Below are positions 9,699 to 19,134 of a stretch of DNA of 64,000 nt, in pieces; the first letter of the stretch is position 1, and each line of letters starts with the position of its first letter. A model generated the notes under the pieces. The model was not told the DNA's origin and ran no database searches. It was given only the letters and a program-made list of their open reading frames with translations. The position numbers and the translations under genes were made by a program. Source of the stretch: an uncultured Acidobacteriota bacterium (GTDB lineage: Bacteria; Acidobacteriota; Vicinamibacteria; Vicinamibacterales; UBA2999); assembly GCA_963707795.1 (NCBI GenBank), contig OY970174.1, positions 1,874,648-1,938,647 on the forward strand, read 5' to 3'.

Positions 9699-10910
9699 GC
9701 CGCGACGCCCTCGCCGCCGCCAGCCGGCGTGCGGTCGAGCTCGCCCATCACCCGCTCGAGCTGCGAGACCAGCGACTGCCGGCGCGACGCGTAGCGACGA
9801 TCGTCGACCTGTCCGCGGCGATGCTGCTCTTCGAGCGCCACCAGCGCGGCGAACAGCGTCTCGCGCCGCTCGGCCAGTGACGCGGCCGGATTGCCGCGCG
9901 CGGACCGCCCGGCGATTCCCGCCCACAGTCCGAAGGCGAGCACGAGCACGCCCACACCCACGCCGACGTCGCGCATGAGCGTGCTGTGGTGCGGCAGCCC
10001 GCTCAGCTCCACCATCAGCGTATCGCCGGCGTTCAACCGGCCTCCGATCGCCATGATGAACGGGGCGCCGCCGGCCGAGGCTTCCTGCTGCTGCGAGAAC
10101 TGCGGCGAGGCCAGCTGCAGGCCGCCGACCTGCTCCGCCGCCACGAACAGCTGCTCGATCGCCGCCGGCCACTGCTGCGACAGTGTCGCCCGGTCACCGC
10201 TGTACGGCAGGCGGTAGCCAACCTGCACCTGTGTGGTCCCCGGCGGGAAAGGACCGGTGATGCGGATTCGGTCGCCCTGCACCGTGGCCAGCGTGGACGA
10301 TCCGTTCAGCGCGCCGGCGCCTGTCGCGCCTTCGGGCAGGCGCACGATCAACGGCTCGGCGACCGCAATCGGCGTGCGCGCGTTGTTGACGATGTCGAGC
10401 AGGTAGAACACCTGCAGGTTGTCGTCCTGGAACTCGAGGATGACGCGCGTCTCGCCGCCGAAGACGACGATGCCCGGCCGCGCCGGCTGCCGGGCCGCCT
10501 CCTCGCGCTTCCGCCTGCGCACGCGCCGATGCCGCGGCGAGGCCGGCGATGAGCGCCACGCGCACGCCGCCGCTGGCGGGCACCGGGAACTCCTGCGATC
10601 GCAGAATCTCGCCGTCCACCTCGGCCTCGACCGTGATGCGGGTCCCCGGCGGCACATCGCCGAACTGCGCCCGGCCCTGGGCGTCGGTCGTCGCCGACAG
10701 CGTCCGGTCGCCGGCGCGCAGCGTGACCGGGTGCTGCGCGATGTTGTTGCCCATCTGCTCGCGCACCAGCCGGACCGACACCATGCCGGTGGCGAGCTCG
10801 GGGGCGGGCAGCGGCCGGCCGGCCATCTCCGATGGATCCGGCATCTGCTGCGCTGCGGCGGGCGCCGGCGCGAGCAGCAGGAGCGCGATCAGGACGCGGA
10901 TGACACGCAT
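9695..10910 (-). pseudogene. Exported CarboxypepD_reg-like domain protein with a C-terminal TM helix and coiled coil, one +1 frame break near ~10515
   Basis: Signal peptide MRVIRVLIALLLLAPAPAAAQ, then a beta-sandwich-like segment VSVRLVRE...VTLRAGDRTLSATTDAQGRAQFGDVPPGTRITVEAEVDG. After the break it continues KREEAARQPARPGIVVFGGETRV...VGVGVGVLVLAFGLWAGIAG...LVALEEQHRRGQVDDRRY. Confidence 0.6.
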
Positions 10911-10911
10911 G

Positions 10912-11538
10912 TCAGGCTGCCGACAGCTTGTTGCCGCACTGCTTGCAGAACCGCGCGTCGGGATCGTTCACCACCCCGCACGGCGCAGCTCGAAGCCGGA
11001 ATGGACAGGCTGCGTGCTGGGGCTCGGCGCTCGGCCGCCAGCCGCCGGCTGAGCTCCTGCTCGATGGCGTCGCGGTAGCCGCCGCCCGCCTCCAGCTGGC
11101 GCATCAGGCCCAGCGCTCTCCCGCGCAGCTTCCCGCTCAGGTCGGTCGAAATCGGCCTGCGCGATCTTCCCCATCGCGAAGTCGAACTCGAGCTCCTTGA
11201 TCGAGCGCAGGACCAGCGTCTTCTCGCGCTCGAGACCGGCCCGCAGCCGGCCGGCCGATCGCCGACGGAGCCACGTCACCCTCGGGCGCCACCAGCGGCG
11301 CCAGCGCCCGGTACGCGCCGAGCGCGACGAAGCTGGCCGCGATCACCGTCAGGCTCAGGAGGATGATCGAGGCGGGAGACTGGCCGGTGGCGACGATGAC
11401 GACGCCCGTCGCGCACAGCATGCCGGCGAGGAGGAAGAACTGCCACGGGCTGAGCGCGTTGTCGCGGGACGCCGCGGGCTGCCCCGCGGTCTTCCCTGCC
11501 GGACCGGTCGAGGGGTCAATCGAGGTCGCGGAGCTCAT
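10912..11538 (-). pseudogene. Membrane protein with two TM helices, a coiled coil and a C-terminal zinc-ribbon-like motif; three +1 frame breaks (~11270, ~11125, ~11030)
   Basis: The pieces are MSSATS...WQFFLLAGMLCATGVVIVATG...IILLSLTVIAASFVALGAY, then LRAGLEREKTLVLRSIKELEFDFAMGKIAQADFD, then MRQLEAGGGYRDAIEQELSRRLAAE, then ...CGVVNDPDARFCKQCGNKLSAA*. The stop lies 1 nt before the next gene's start. Confidence 0.5.
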
Positions 11539-13993
11539 CGTCCAGCCTCGATCGCAGCGCCGCATCTTCGGGCGCCGGGCTGCCGGCCGCGGCGTCGCTG
11601 GCTGCCGCGCGCCGCGACCAGCGGACGGCGACGATCGCGGCCAGGAACAGGCCGCTCATGCCGGCCAGATAGGGCACCAGCCAGGACAGGCGGCCGACGC
11701 CGGTGTTGGGCGGCTCGGACAGCACGTGCATGCCGCCCTGCTGCGTCACGTAGTGCTGCAGCACCTCGGCCTCCGTCTTGCCGCTGGCGAGCATCGCCGT
11801 CACTTCCTGGCGGATCGGCGCGCAGTGGCCGCAGGCGCAGGTGCCGACCGGCAGCCGCGGACAGCCGCCGCACCAGCACGCCAGCTTGCTGGTCGCCGCC
11901 CGCTCGGCCGGCGAGCGCACGACGAGGCCGCCCGTCGTCGGCGTTTCCACGTGCTGCGCCGCCGCGACGCCCGGCGACAGCACCAGCGCCAGCAACAGCA
12001 GCGTCGCCGTCGCCGCCTCCGCCGGCAGCCGCGCCAGCGCGAAGCTGAAGGCGCTCTCCGGCAGCAGCGCGATCAGCGTGCCGACGGCGAGGACGCCGAA
12101 GCCGACCCAGATCCAGTTGATCAGCGGGTTGATGTGGACCTCGACGCTCGCCGTCTGTTCCTGGAACTCGTAGCCGGGCATCACGATGTAGAGGTCCTCG
12201 GCGAACGAGCGGCGGATGGCCACTTCCGTCGTCGGCTCGTCCTCGTGCTTGCGGAAGAACCACTTCGCCGGGAACATCTGGCCGAGGTCCTGACCGTCCG
12301 CGTCTGTGACCGTGATGTGGCCGGTCACCATCTGCTTCTGGCCGTCGTCGGTGACGCGAATGGCGTCGAGGCGCAGCGTGTAATCGCCGACGGTCGCCTC
12401 CTCGCCGGGCTTCAGCAGCAGCTGTTCGTCGCGGCTCAGTCCCTCGCCGGCGAAGCCGAGGAACATCAGCACGATGCCGATGTGGACGATGTAGCCGCCG
12501 TAGCGCCGCTTGTTGCGCCCGACCAGCCCGACCATCGCCGTGAACAGGTCGGCGCCCGATGTCGCCTTGCGCACCAGCGCGCCGCGCACGTACTCCTGGC
12601 TGATGGTGCCGACCACGAAGCCGCACAGCGCGAAGCACAGGCCCGAGCTCCACACCCGCACCCCGAGCGCGACGACGACACCCCCGACGACCAGCGCCGA
12701 CACGACCGGCCACACGAACTGCTGCGCCATGTTGATGGCCGACGTCTTGCGCCACGCCAACAGCGGTCCCACCCCGGTGAGGAACAGCAGCATCAGGCCG
12801 ACCGGCGTCATCCAGCGGTTGAAGAACGGCGGGCCGACGGTCAGGCGCTCGCCGGAAATCGCCTCGGTGATGGTCGGGAACATCGTCGCGAACAGGATGA
12901 AGAAGGCGCTGAACAGGAGGATCCAGTTGTTGGCGAGGAACGCGCCTTCGCGCGACGCCCACGATTCGAGCTCGTTGCGCGCCTTCAGCAGCGGGAGCCG
13001 GTAGATGACCCAGCCAAAACCGACCACGGCGATCGTGATCATGAAGGCGATGAACATCCGGCCCAGCTCCGGGTCCTCGCCGAACGCGTGCACGGACTGG
13101 ACGATGCCCGAGCGGGTCATGAAGGTCTGGAAGATCGTCAGCAGGAAGGTGAGGATCACCAGCGTCACGTTCCACACCCGCAGCATGCCGCGCCGCTCCT
13201 GGACCATGACCGAGTGCAGGAAGGCGGTGGCCGTGAACCAGGGGAGCGCCCCGGCGTTCTCCACCGGGTCCCAGCCCCAGAAGCCGCCCCAGCCGAGCTC
13301 TTCGTACGCCCAGATCATCCCCAGCGTGAGGCCGAACGACAGGAAGAACCAGGAGAACATCGTCCACCGGCGCACGGCGCGCAGCCACGAGTCGTCGAGC
13401 TGCCCGGTGATGAGCGCCGCCATGCCGAAGGCGAACGGGATGGTGAGGCCGACGAATCCCAGGTACATCAGCGGCGGGTGGATCGCCATGTAGAAGTTCT
13501 GCAGCAGCGGGTTGAGGCCCGCGCCGTCCACCGGCGACTCGGTGAGGTAGGTCGCGAAGGGGTTGTTGTGCGCCAGCATGAGGAAGAGGAAGAACATCTC
13601 CACCATGGCGATGACGGCGACGACATACGGGATCAGCTCGCGATGGCGCTCGCGGTTGACCTGCACGGCGACGGTGCTGAAGATCGACAGCAGGAAGACC
13701 CAGAACATGATCGAGCCGTCGAGGCCGCCCCAGTACGACGTGATCTTGTAGAACAGCGGCTGCACGCTGTCGGAATAGCGCTGGACGTATTTGATCGAGT
13801 AATCGCCCGACACGAAGGCGTAGATCATCAGCCCGGATGCCACGGTCATCAGGGCAGCCACCGTGTAGAGCGCGCCGATGCCGCTCTCGGTCAAGCGCGT
13901 GCTGCGCCGCCGGGCACCGGCCAGGCTCGCCGCCGCCGCATAGGCCGCGACGACGAAGGTCAGGACGAGGACGAAAGCGCCGAGTGAGGCCAT
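11516..13993 (-). CDS. ccmF: Cytochrome c-type biogenesis protein CcmF fused to a CcmH-like C-terminal domain
   Basis: 825-aa intact ORF. The CcmF N-terminus includes YKITSYWGGLDGSIMFW and WAYEELGWGGFWGWDPVEN (WWD-type motif). The C-terminal ~150 aa has the Cys cluster LACWCGGCPRLPVGTCACGHC, then AEVLQHYVTQQGGMHVLSEPP and a TM helix, as in CcmH/NrfF. Confidence 0.9.
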   Translation of the reverse strand: MASLGAFVLVLTFVVAAYAAAASLAGARRRSTRLTESGIGALYTVAALMTVASGLMIYAFVSGDYSIKYVQRYSDSVQPLFYKITSYWGGLDGSIMFWVFLLSIFSTVAVQVNRERHRELIPYVVAVIAMVEMFFLFLMLAHNNPFATYLTESPVDGAGLNPLLQNFYMAIHPPLMYLGFVGLTIPFAFGMAALITGQLDDSWLRAVRRWTMFSWFFLSFGLTLGMIWAYEELGWGGFWGWDPVENAGALPWFTATAFLHSVMVQERRGMLRVWNVTLVILTFLLTIFQTFMTRSGIVQSVHAFGEDPELGRMFIAFMITIAVVGFGWVIYRLPLLKARNELESWASREGAFLANNWILLFSAFFILFATMFPTITEAISGERLTVGPPFFNRWMTPVGLMLLFLTGVGPLLAWRKTSAINMAQQFVWPVVSALVVGGVVVALGVRVWSSGLCFALCGFVVGTISQEYVRGALVRKATSGADLFTAMVGLVGRNKRRYGGYIVHIGIVLMFLGFAGEGLSRDEQLLLKPGEEATVGDYTLRLDAIRVTDDGQKQMVTGHITVTDADGQDLGQMFPAKWFFRKHEDEPTTEVAIRRSFAEDLYIVMPGYEFQEQTASVEVHINPLINWIWVGFGVLAVGTLIALLPESAFSFALARLPAEAATATLLLLALVLSPGVAAAQHVETPTTGGLVVRSPAERAATSKLACWCGGCPRLPVGTCACGHCAPIRQEVTAMLASGKTEAEVLQHYVTQQGGMHVLSEPPNTGVGRLSWLVPYLAGMSGLFLAAIVAVRWSRRAAASDAAAGSPAPEDAALRSRLDDELRDLD

Positions 13994-14053
13994 AAAGTGG
14001 GGGCGCGGCGGCAGACCGGGACGCGGCCCAGCCGCAGGCCGTCGGTGCGGTGA

Positions 14054-14464
14054 TTAATACGCGCCAGGGGCGCCGGTCGTGGACGGCTCGTACTTCGACG
14101 GACACTTCGCCATCACGCCATTGGGCGCGACCTCGAAGCGCTCCGGCGACAGCGTCCCCTTCAACACGACCTCGGCGTCGTTCTTGAAGGTGTCGGGCAC
14201 CACGCCGGTATAGGTCGCGGTCACGACCTCGCCGTTGTTCACGACCTGGAAGCGATATTCGAGGCTGTTCGGCTTGCGCGCGAGCTCCTTGACGAAGCCG
14301 TGCAGCTGCAGCTTCTTCCCGTACCACGCGTCCGGCTCGGTCATGACCTCGTCGACGTGCTTGTAATACTCCGTCGCCTCGCCAAGCGTCGAAGACAGCA
14401 ACCAGCCGAACGACACCGCGAGGACCACGCTCGTGAGTCCGATTTTGACCGCTTTGTGCTTCAT
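14054..14464 (-). CDS. ccmE: Cytochrome c maturation heme chaperone CcmE, CxxxY variant
   Basis: 136 aa with an N-terminal TM anchor and an OB-fold-like body. The C-terminal AKCPSKYEP has Cys where canonical CcmE has His (HxxxY). Confidence 0.88.
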   Translation of the reverse strand: MKHKAVKIGLTSVVLAVSFGWLLSSTLGEATEYYKHVDEVMTEPDAWYGKKLQLHGFVKELARKPNSLEYRFQVVNNGEVVTATYTGVVPDTFKNDAEVVLKGTLSPERFEVAPNGVMAKCPSKYEPSTTGAPGAY

Positions 14465-14489
14465 CTGTAAGGACTTCCGGATCCGAGAG

Positions 14490-15065
14490 CTAGCTGTCAG
14501 GATAGCCCTTCAGGAGCCGGTACACAAGCGCCACCGGCAGGCCGACGACATTGGAATAGCTCCCCTGGATCCGGTCCACGAACCGCGACGCCAGCCCCTG
14601 GATCGCGTAGGCGCCGGCCTTGTCCAGCGGCTCGCCCGATGCCACGTAGCCGGCGATCTCCTCCTCGGAGAGCGGGTTCAGCCAGACGCGCGTCCGGGCC
14701 ACCTCGACGATCGTGCCCCGGCGCGAGACCAGCGCCAGGCCGGTGAGCACTTCGTGTTCGCGCCCGGAGAGCAGTCGCAGCATCCGCGTCGCGTCACGAG
14801 CGTCACGCGGCTTGCCCAGCATCTCGCCGCCGACCAGGACGATGGTGTCGGCGCCCAGCACGAGGGCGTCGGGGCGGGTGGCGAACACGGCCTGCGCCTT
14901 GGCCGCCGCCAGGCGCCGCACGTGGTCGCCCGGCGGCTCGAGGCTGCGGAACGACTCGTCCACATCGGCGGCCACCGGTTCGAAGGCGATGCCCGCGGCG
15001 GTCAGTAGTTCACCCCGCCGCGGCGAGCGGGACGCGAGAATCAACGGTCGACCTGGTACCCTCAT
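14490..15065 (-). CDS. maf: Maf-like nucleoside triphosphate pyrophosphatase
   Basis: [41 protein letters not shown] and GLP motifs. The start is taken at MRVPGRP. Confidence 0.88.
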   Translation of the reverse strand: MRVPGRPLILASRSPRRGELLTAAGIAFEPVAADVDESFRSLEPPGDHVRRLAAAKAQAVFATRPDALVLGADTIVLVGGEMLGKPRDARDATRMLRLLSGREHEVLTGLALVSRRGTIVEVARTRVWLNPLSEEEIAGYVASGEPLDKAGAYAIQGLASRFVDRIQGSYSNVVGLPVALVYRLLKGYPDS

Positions 15066-15120
15066 CGAGTCAGTTTTGATTGTAGGTGGCAAACGGGCCG
15101 GCCGGCAGTAAGCTGGCAGG

Positions 15121-15393
15121 ATGATCCGGGCCGATCGCGTGATTCCGGCCGTGCTGGCCAACGTCATCCGTCAGGCGCCGCTCTGCCCCGAGAAGGTGGA
15201 GTTTGCGTGGCGCGCGGCGGTCGGCCGGAGTCTGGCGCGGGCGACCACGGTCCGGCTCGACGACCGCGGCGTGCTGCACGTCAGCGCGCTCGACCCGCAC
15301 TGGGCGCGCGAGGTGCGGCGCTCGGCGCGCCTGATCCTCTCGCGGCTCGAGACGATGCTTGGCGCCGGGACCGTCACGCGGATTCAGGTCTGA
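15121..15393 (+). CDS. DUF721 (DciA-like) domain protein
   Basis: 90 aa with the pattern ...[38 protein letters not shown]... typical of DUF721. Confidence 0.65.
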   Translation: MIRADRVIPAVLANVIRQAPLCPEKVEFAWRAAVGRSLARATTVRLDDRGVLHVSALDPHWAREVRRSARLILSRLETMLGAGTVTRIQV

Positions 15394-15463
15394 CGCGCCG
15401 CGGGCTGCCGGCGCCCGGCGGCCCGCGTCCCGATACAATCGAACCAGGAGACGACGTTCATCC

Positions 15464-16645
15464 ATGCGCGAAGCGGTCATCGTCAGTGCCGTTCGGTTGC
15501 CGACCGGCAAGTTCCTCGGGTCGCTCAAGGAGTTCCAGGCGCCCGAGCTCGGCGCGCTGGTCGTGCGCGAGGCGGTGCGGCGCGCCGGCATCGACCCCGC
15601 CAGCGTCGACGAGTGCATCATGGGCCACGTCGTGTCGGCCGGCGCCGGGCAGGCGCCGGCGCGGCAGGCCGCCCTCAAGGGCGGGCTGGCGGACCACGTC
15701 GCGGCGCTCACGATCAACAAGGTCTGCGGGTCCGGGTTGAAGGCCGTCATGCTCGCGCACCAGGGCATTCAGACCGGCGACATCGACATCGCCGTCGCCG
15801 GCGGCATGGAGTCGATGAGCAACGGCCCGTATCTGCTCCCCCGCGTCCGCGAGGGGCTGCGCATGGGTCACGGCAACGTCGTCGACTCGATGATCCACGA
15901 CGGGCTGTGGTGCCCGTTCGAGGGCTGGCACATGGGCAACGCCGGCGAGTGCGTCGCCGACAGCTACAAGGTGTCGCGCGAGCAGCAGGACGAGTACGCC
16001 GCGGAGAGCCATCGCCGCGCGGCGGCCGCCCAGGCCGGCGGCAAGTTCCGCGACGAGATGCTGCCGGTCTCGATCCCGCAGAAGAAGGGCGACCCGCTCG
16101 TCTTCGATCGCGACGAATCGGTCCGTGCCGATACCACCGCCGAGACACTGCGCGCGCTCAAGCCGGCGTTCAAGAAGGACGGATCGGTGACCGCCGGCAA
16201 CGCGCCGCCGGTCAACGACGGCGCCGCGGCGCTGGTGGTGATGGCGGCGGAGCGCGCGCAGCAGCTCGGCGTCACCCCGCTGGCGCGCATCGTCGCGCAG
16301 GCCACCAGCGGCCTGGCGCCGAAAATGCTGCTGATGACGCCGGTCGAGGCGACGCGAAAGGCGCTGAAGAAAGCCGGCTGGACGCTGGACGAGGTCGATC
16401 TGGTCGAGCTCAACGAGGCGTTCGCGGTGCAGGCGGTCGCCGTCGGCCACGAGCTCGGGATGGACATGGAAAGGGTCAACGTGCACGGCGGCGCCGTCGC
16501 GCTCGGCCACCCCATCGGCGCCTCCGGCGCCCGCGTGCTGACGACGCTCCTCTACGCGCTGAAGGATCGCGGCGGCCGGCGCGGCATCGCGACGCTGTGC
16601 CTCGGCGGCGGCAACGGCGTCGCGCTGGCCGTCGAGCTGATCTGA
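15464..16645 (+). CDS. Acetyl-CoA C-acetyltransferase (thiolase II)
   Basis: 393 aa with active-site regions [16 protein letters not shown] and [14 protein letters not shown]...CLGGGNG. AGGAG lies upstream. Confidence 0.92.
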   Translation: MREAVIVSAVRLPTGKFLGSLKEFQAPELGALVVREAVRRAGIDPASVDECIMGHVVSAGAGQAPARQAALKGGLADHVAALTINKVCGSGLKAVMLAHQGIQTGDIDIAVAGGMESMSNGPYLLPRVREGLRMGHGNVVDSMIHDGLWCPFEGWHMGNAGECVADSYKVSREQQDEYAAESHRRAAAAQAGGKFRDEMLPVSIPQKKGDPLVFDRDESVRADTTAETLRALKPAFKKDGSVTAGNAPPVNDGAAALVVMAAERAQQLGVTPLARIVAQATSGLAPKMLLMTPVEATRKALKKAGWTLDEVDLVELNEAFAVQAVAVGHELGMDMERVNVHGGAVALGHPIGASGARVLTTLLYALKDRGGRRGIATLCLGGGNGVALAVELI

Positions 16646-16654
16646 CCGCCTCGG

Positions 16655-17197
16655 CTACTTGAGCGGGGTCACCTTGTCGGGATCCACCCGCACCATCAGG
16701 TAGGTGATGTGGTCGTCGATCTTCGTGAACCAGTGGCCGGTCCCGGCCGGGATGATCACGACGTCGCCGGCCTTCAGCTCGTGGCTGATGCCGTTGCGGA
16801 TGGACGCGGCGTTGTGCCCGGGACCGTTGAGCAGCCGGACGTTCTCGTTGGTCGCCGGCCGGCGTTTGGCGTCCACCAGCTCGGGCCCGAGCACCAGCGT
16901 CGCGGCGCCGCTGATGACGTGATACACCTCGCTCACCAGGTCGTGCTCGGCCACGTCGCCCGGGGCGGCCAGCCGCGTCCGGTGCACCAGGCCGATGGCG
17001 ACGTGAGACTTGCCGACGTCGACCGACCGCACCTGCTGGTCGATGATCTTGTCCGCCATCGCCTTCTTCAGGTAGCGGTCGATGTCCTCCTGTCCGATGT
17101 ACGTGCCCGGGCAACCCTGACAACTCGGTTGCGGCGCCTGCGCGGCGGCGGGCGTCAAGGCGAGCACGGCGATCGCGCATCCGATCGAAAGCTTCAT
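16655..17197 (-). CDS. Exported cupin-domain protein
   Basis: Signal peptide MKLSIGCAIAVLALTPAAAQA and cupin core HDLVSEVYHVISG...GDVVIIPAGTGHWF. Confidence 0.65.
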   Translation of the reverse strand: MKLSIGCAIAVLALTPAAAQAPQPSCQGCPGTYIGQEDIDRYLKKAMADKIIDQQVRSVDVGKSHVAIGLVHRTRLAAPGDVAEHDLVSEVYHVISGAATLVLGPELVDAKRRPATNENVRLLNGPGHNAASIRNGISHELKAGDVVIIPAGTGHWFTKIDDHITYLMVRVDPDKVTPLK

Positions 17198-17246
17198 CGG
17201 GGATGTCTCCAACGGTGTGTCCCGCGTGGCGGCCGCCGCGGGCCGG

Positions 17247-17816
17247 TCATTTCACCCGCGCCCCGCCAGTGCGGTTGTCGATGACGAACCGATCGCGCGC
17301 CGGCATCACGACCTTGGGCAGCGTCGTCTCGTCCATCACCGCCTCGTCGCCGACGATCTGATTGAGCGCGAGGAGGTAGGCGACCAGGCCGTAGACCTCG
17401 TCGGCGCTGAGGGTGCCCGGCTGCGTGAACGGCATCGTGCGCGCCGTGTAGTCGAACAGCGTCGTCGCGTAGGGCCAATAGTTGCCGATGGTGCGGACCA
17501 GCCGCGGGTCACGGCCGAACGCGAACCCGTCGCCGGCCTCGCGTCCGACCAGCACGTCGAAGGGCTTGCCCTCGCCCGATTTGCCGTGGCACGAGGCGCA
17601 CTTGGCGGCGTAGGTCGCGGCGCCGGCCGCGACCGTGCCGCGGCCGCGCGGCAAGCCGGTGCCGTCCGGCATCACGTCCACGTCGAGCGCGCGGACCTCC
17701 TCGGCGGTGGCGGGCCGGCCGATGCCCAGCCGCTCGGGTCCCTGGGCCAGCGTGGCGGTCGTGAGCGCACAGGCCCACGCGAGTGACGCGACCGCCAGGC
17801 TGCGGCCGGGGCTCAT
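17247..17816 (-). CDS. sorB: Mono-heme cytochrome c subunit of sulfite dehydrogenase (SorB-like)
   Basis: A signal peptide and a single CASCH heme motif. The ATG overlaps the stop of the Mo subunit (ATGA). Confidence 0.75.
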   Translation of the reverse strand: MSPGRSLAVASLAWACALTTATLAQGPERLGIGRPATAEEVRALDVDVMPDGTGLPRGRGTVAAGAATYAAKCASCHGKSGEGKPFDVLVGREAGDGFAFGRDPRLVRTIGNYWPYATTLFDYTARTMPFTQPGTLSADEVYGLVAYLLALNQIVGDEAVMDETTLPKVVMPARDRFVIDNRTGGARVK

Positions 17817-19054
17817 GCGCCGTCTCCGGCAAACGTCACCGCCCCGTCGGCGGCCACGCGCCACGCGCGAATGTGGTTGAAGTGATACTGCGTGCCCGGC
17901 CCACGCGCCGCCGTCAGCACCTCGAGCGTGGGCTGCGTGTAGCCGGTTTCGTCGGTCGCGCGGCTCATGAGCACGGCGGCGCCGCCGTGCCACTGCCAGG
18001 GGAACCGGAACCGCGTGTGGCACATCGGCAGCACCGGCTCGTCGAGGGTCGCCGGCTGCCAGGTCTTCCCGCCATCGGCGCTCACGTCCACGCGCGCGAT
18101 GCGGCCGCGGCCGGTCCAGGCGAGCCCGCGGATCTCCCACCAGCCGGGCCCCGACAGCCGGTCGGGATACGCCGGCTCGGTGATGATCGACTTGGCATCC
18201 ATGACCAGGCTGAACAGGCGGGCGGTGCCGTCGGGCAGCGGATCGGTGTACTTCGACGTTTCCTCGCGGGTCATGAACGGCCCGGCCGCCACCTCGATGC
18301 GGCGCAGCCACTTGACGTTGGAGGAGCCCTCGAATCCCGGGAGGAACAGCCGTGCCGGGTAGCCCTGCTCGGGACGCAGCGCTTCGCCGTTCTGCGCGTA
18401 CGCGACCAGCGCATCGTCGTAGGCCTTCTCGATCGGGATGCTGCGTGTGAGCACGGCCGCGTCCATGGACTCGGCGAGCAGCCACCGCGCCGTGGGTGAA
18501 GCCCCTGCTTCGCGCAGGAGCGTGGCGAGCGGGACCCCGGTCCATTCGCTGGTGCTCGTCAGGCCGTCGAGCTGCTGCGGCGTGAGATCGGGGGCGATGG
18601 TGTCGCGCCGGTAGGCGCGGCCGCCGTTGCCCGAGCACTCGATGAAGCGGATGACCGAGCGTGCGGGAAACCGCTTGAGGTCGTCGAGGGTGAAGACCAG
18701 CGGGCGCTCCACCAGGCCGTGAATCAGCAGCGAGTAGCGGGCGGGATCGATCGCCGGCACGCCGCCGTGGTGGCGCTCGAAATGCAGGTCGGAGGGGGTG
18801 ATGATGCCCTCGAGGTCCTGCAGCGGCGTCTGCGACGAGGTGCGGCGGGCGTTGAGCGAGACGCGCTTGGGATCCTCGAACGGCGAGCGGCCGCCGCGAT
18901 CGCTGGCCGGGGCGCCCTGCACCTTGGTCGGGTCGGCCGGGACGTGCGGCCGCGCCGCCTGTTCGGCGCGCGCGCCGGCGGCGACCGTCGCGCCCAGCGC
19001 GCCGGCGGTGCCAGCAATCAGGGTGCGGCGAGAGAGTTTATGGCTGTCGGGCAT
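17813..19054 (-). CDS. sorA: Sulfite dehydrogenase / sulfite oxidase-family molybdopterin subunit (SorA-like), Tat-exported
   Basis: Tat motif SRRTLIAG. Moco-binding ECSGNGG, then PARLFLPGFEGSSNVKWLRRIE and a dimerisation-domain-like C-terminus. Confidence 0.85.
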   Translation of the reverse strand: MPDSHKLSRRTLIAGTAGALGATVAAGARAEQAARPHVPADPTKVQGAPASDRGGRSPFEDPKRVSLNARRTSSQTPLQDLEGIITPSDLHFERHHGGVPAIDPARYSLLIHGLVERPLVFTLDDLKRFPARSVIRFIECSGNGGRAYRRDTIAPDLTPQQLDGLTSTSEWTGVPLATLLREAGASPTARWLLAESMDAAVLTRSIPIEKAYDDALVAYAQNGEALRPEQGYPARLFLPGFEGSSNVKWLRRIEVAAGPFMTREETSKYTDPLPDGTARLFSLVMDAKSIITEPAYPDRLSGPGWWEIRGLAWTGRGRIARVDVSADGGKTWQPATLDEPVLPMCHTRFRFPWQWHGGAAVLMSRATDETGYTQPTLEVLTAARGPGTQYHFNHIRAWRVAADGAVTFAGDGA

Positions 19055-19134
19055 GGTCGGCCTCGGTGAACGGGTCGGTGGCGAGAGCTTACTCCCACTT
19101 TCCGTCCACGCGGAAGGCCGACCGTGCCAGGCCG

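Noticed and set aside
1043-11538. Programmed ribosomal frameshifting as the explanation for the broken genes
   Set aside because: There are far too many sites (up to seven in one 0.7-kb gene). I see no slippery heptamers or downstream structures. The affected genes (suhB, an OM barrel, ATP-grasp) are not known to use recoding.
11363-14327. Very long ORFs overlapping ccmF on the opposite strand or in other frames (11363..13987 +, 874 aa; 11535..14327 -, 930 aa). Similar Arg/Ala/Gly/Pro-rich giants occur elsewhere (e.g. 3223..4620 -, 35966..37735 -, 42209..43849 -, 61525..63183 +).
   Set aside because: These are typical stop-codon-poor shadow ORFs of a ~70% GC genome. Their translations are low-complexity R/A/G/P strings without motifs. 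Each overlaps a gene with clear family signatures.
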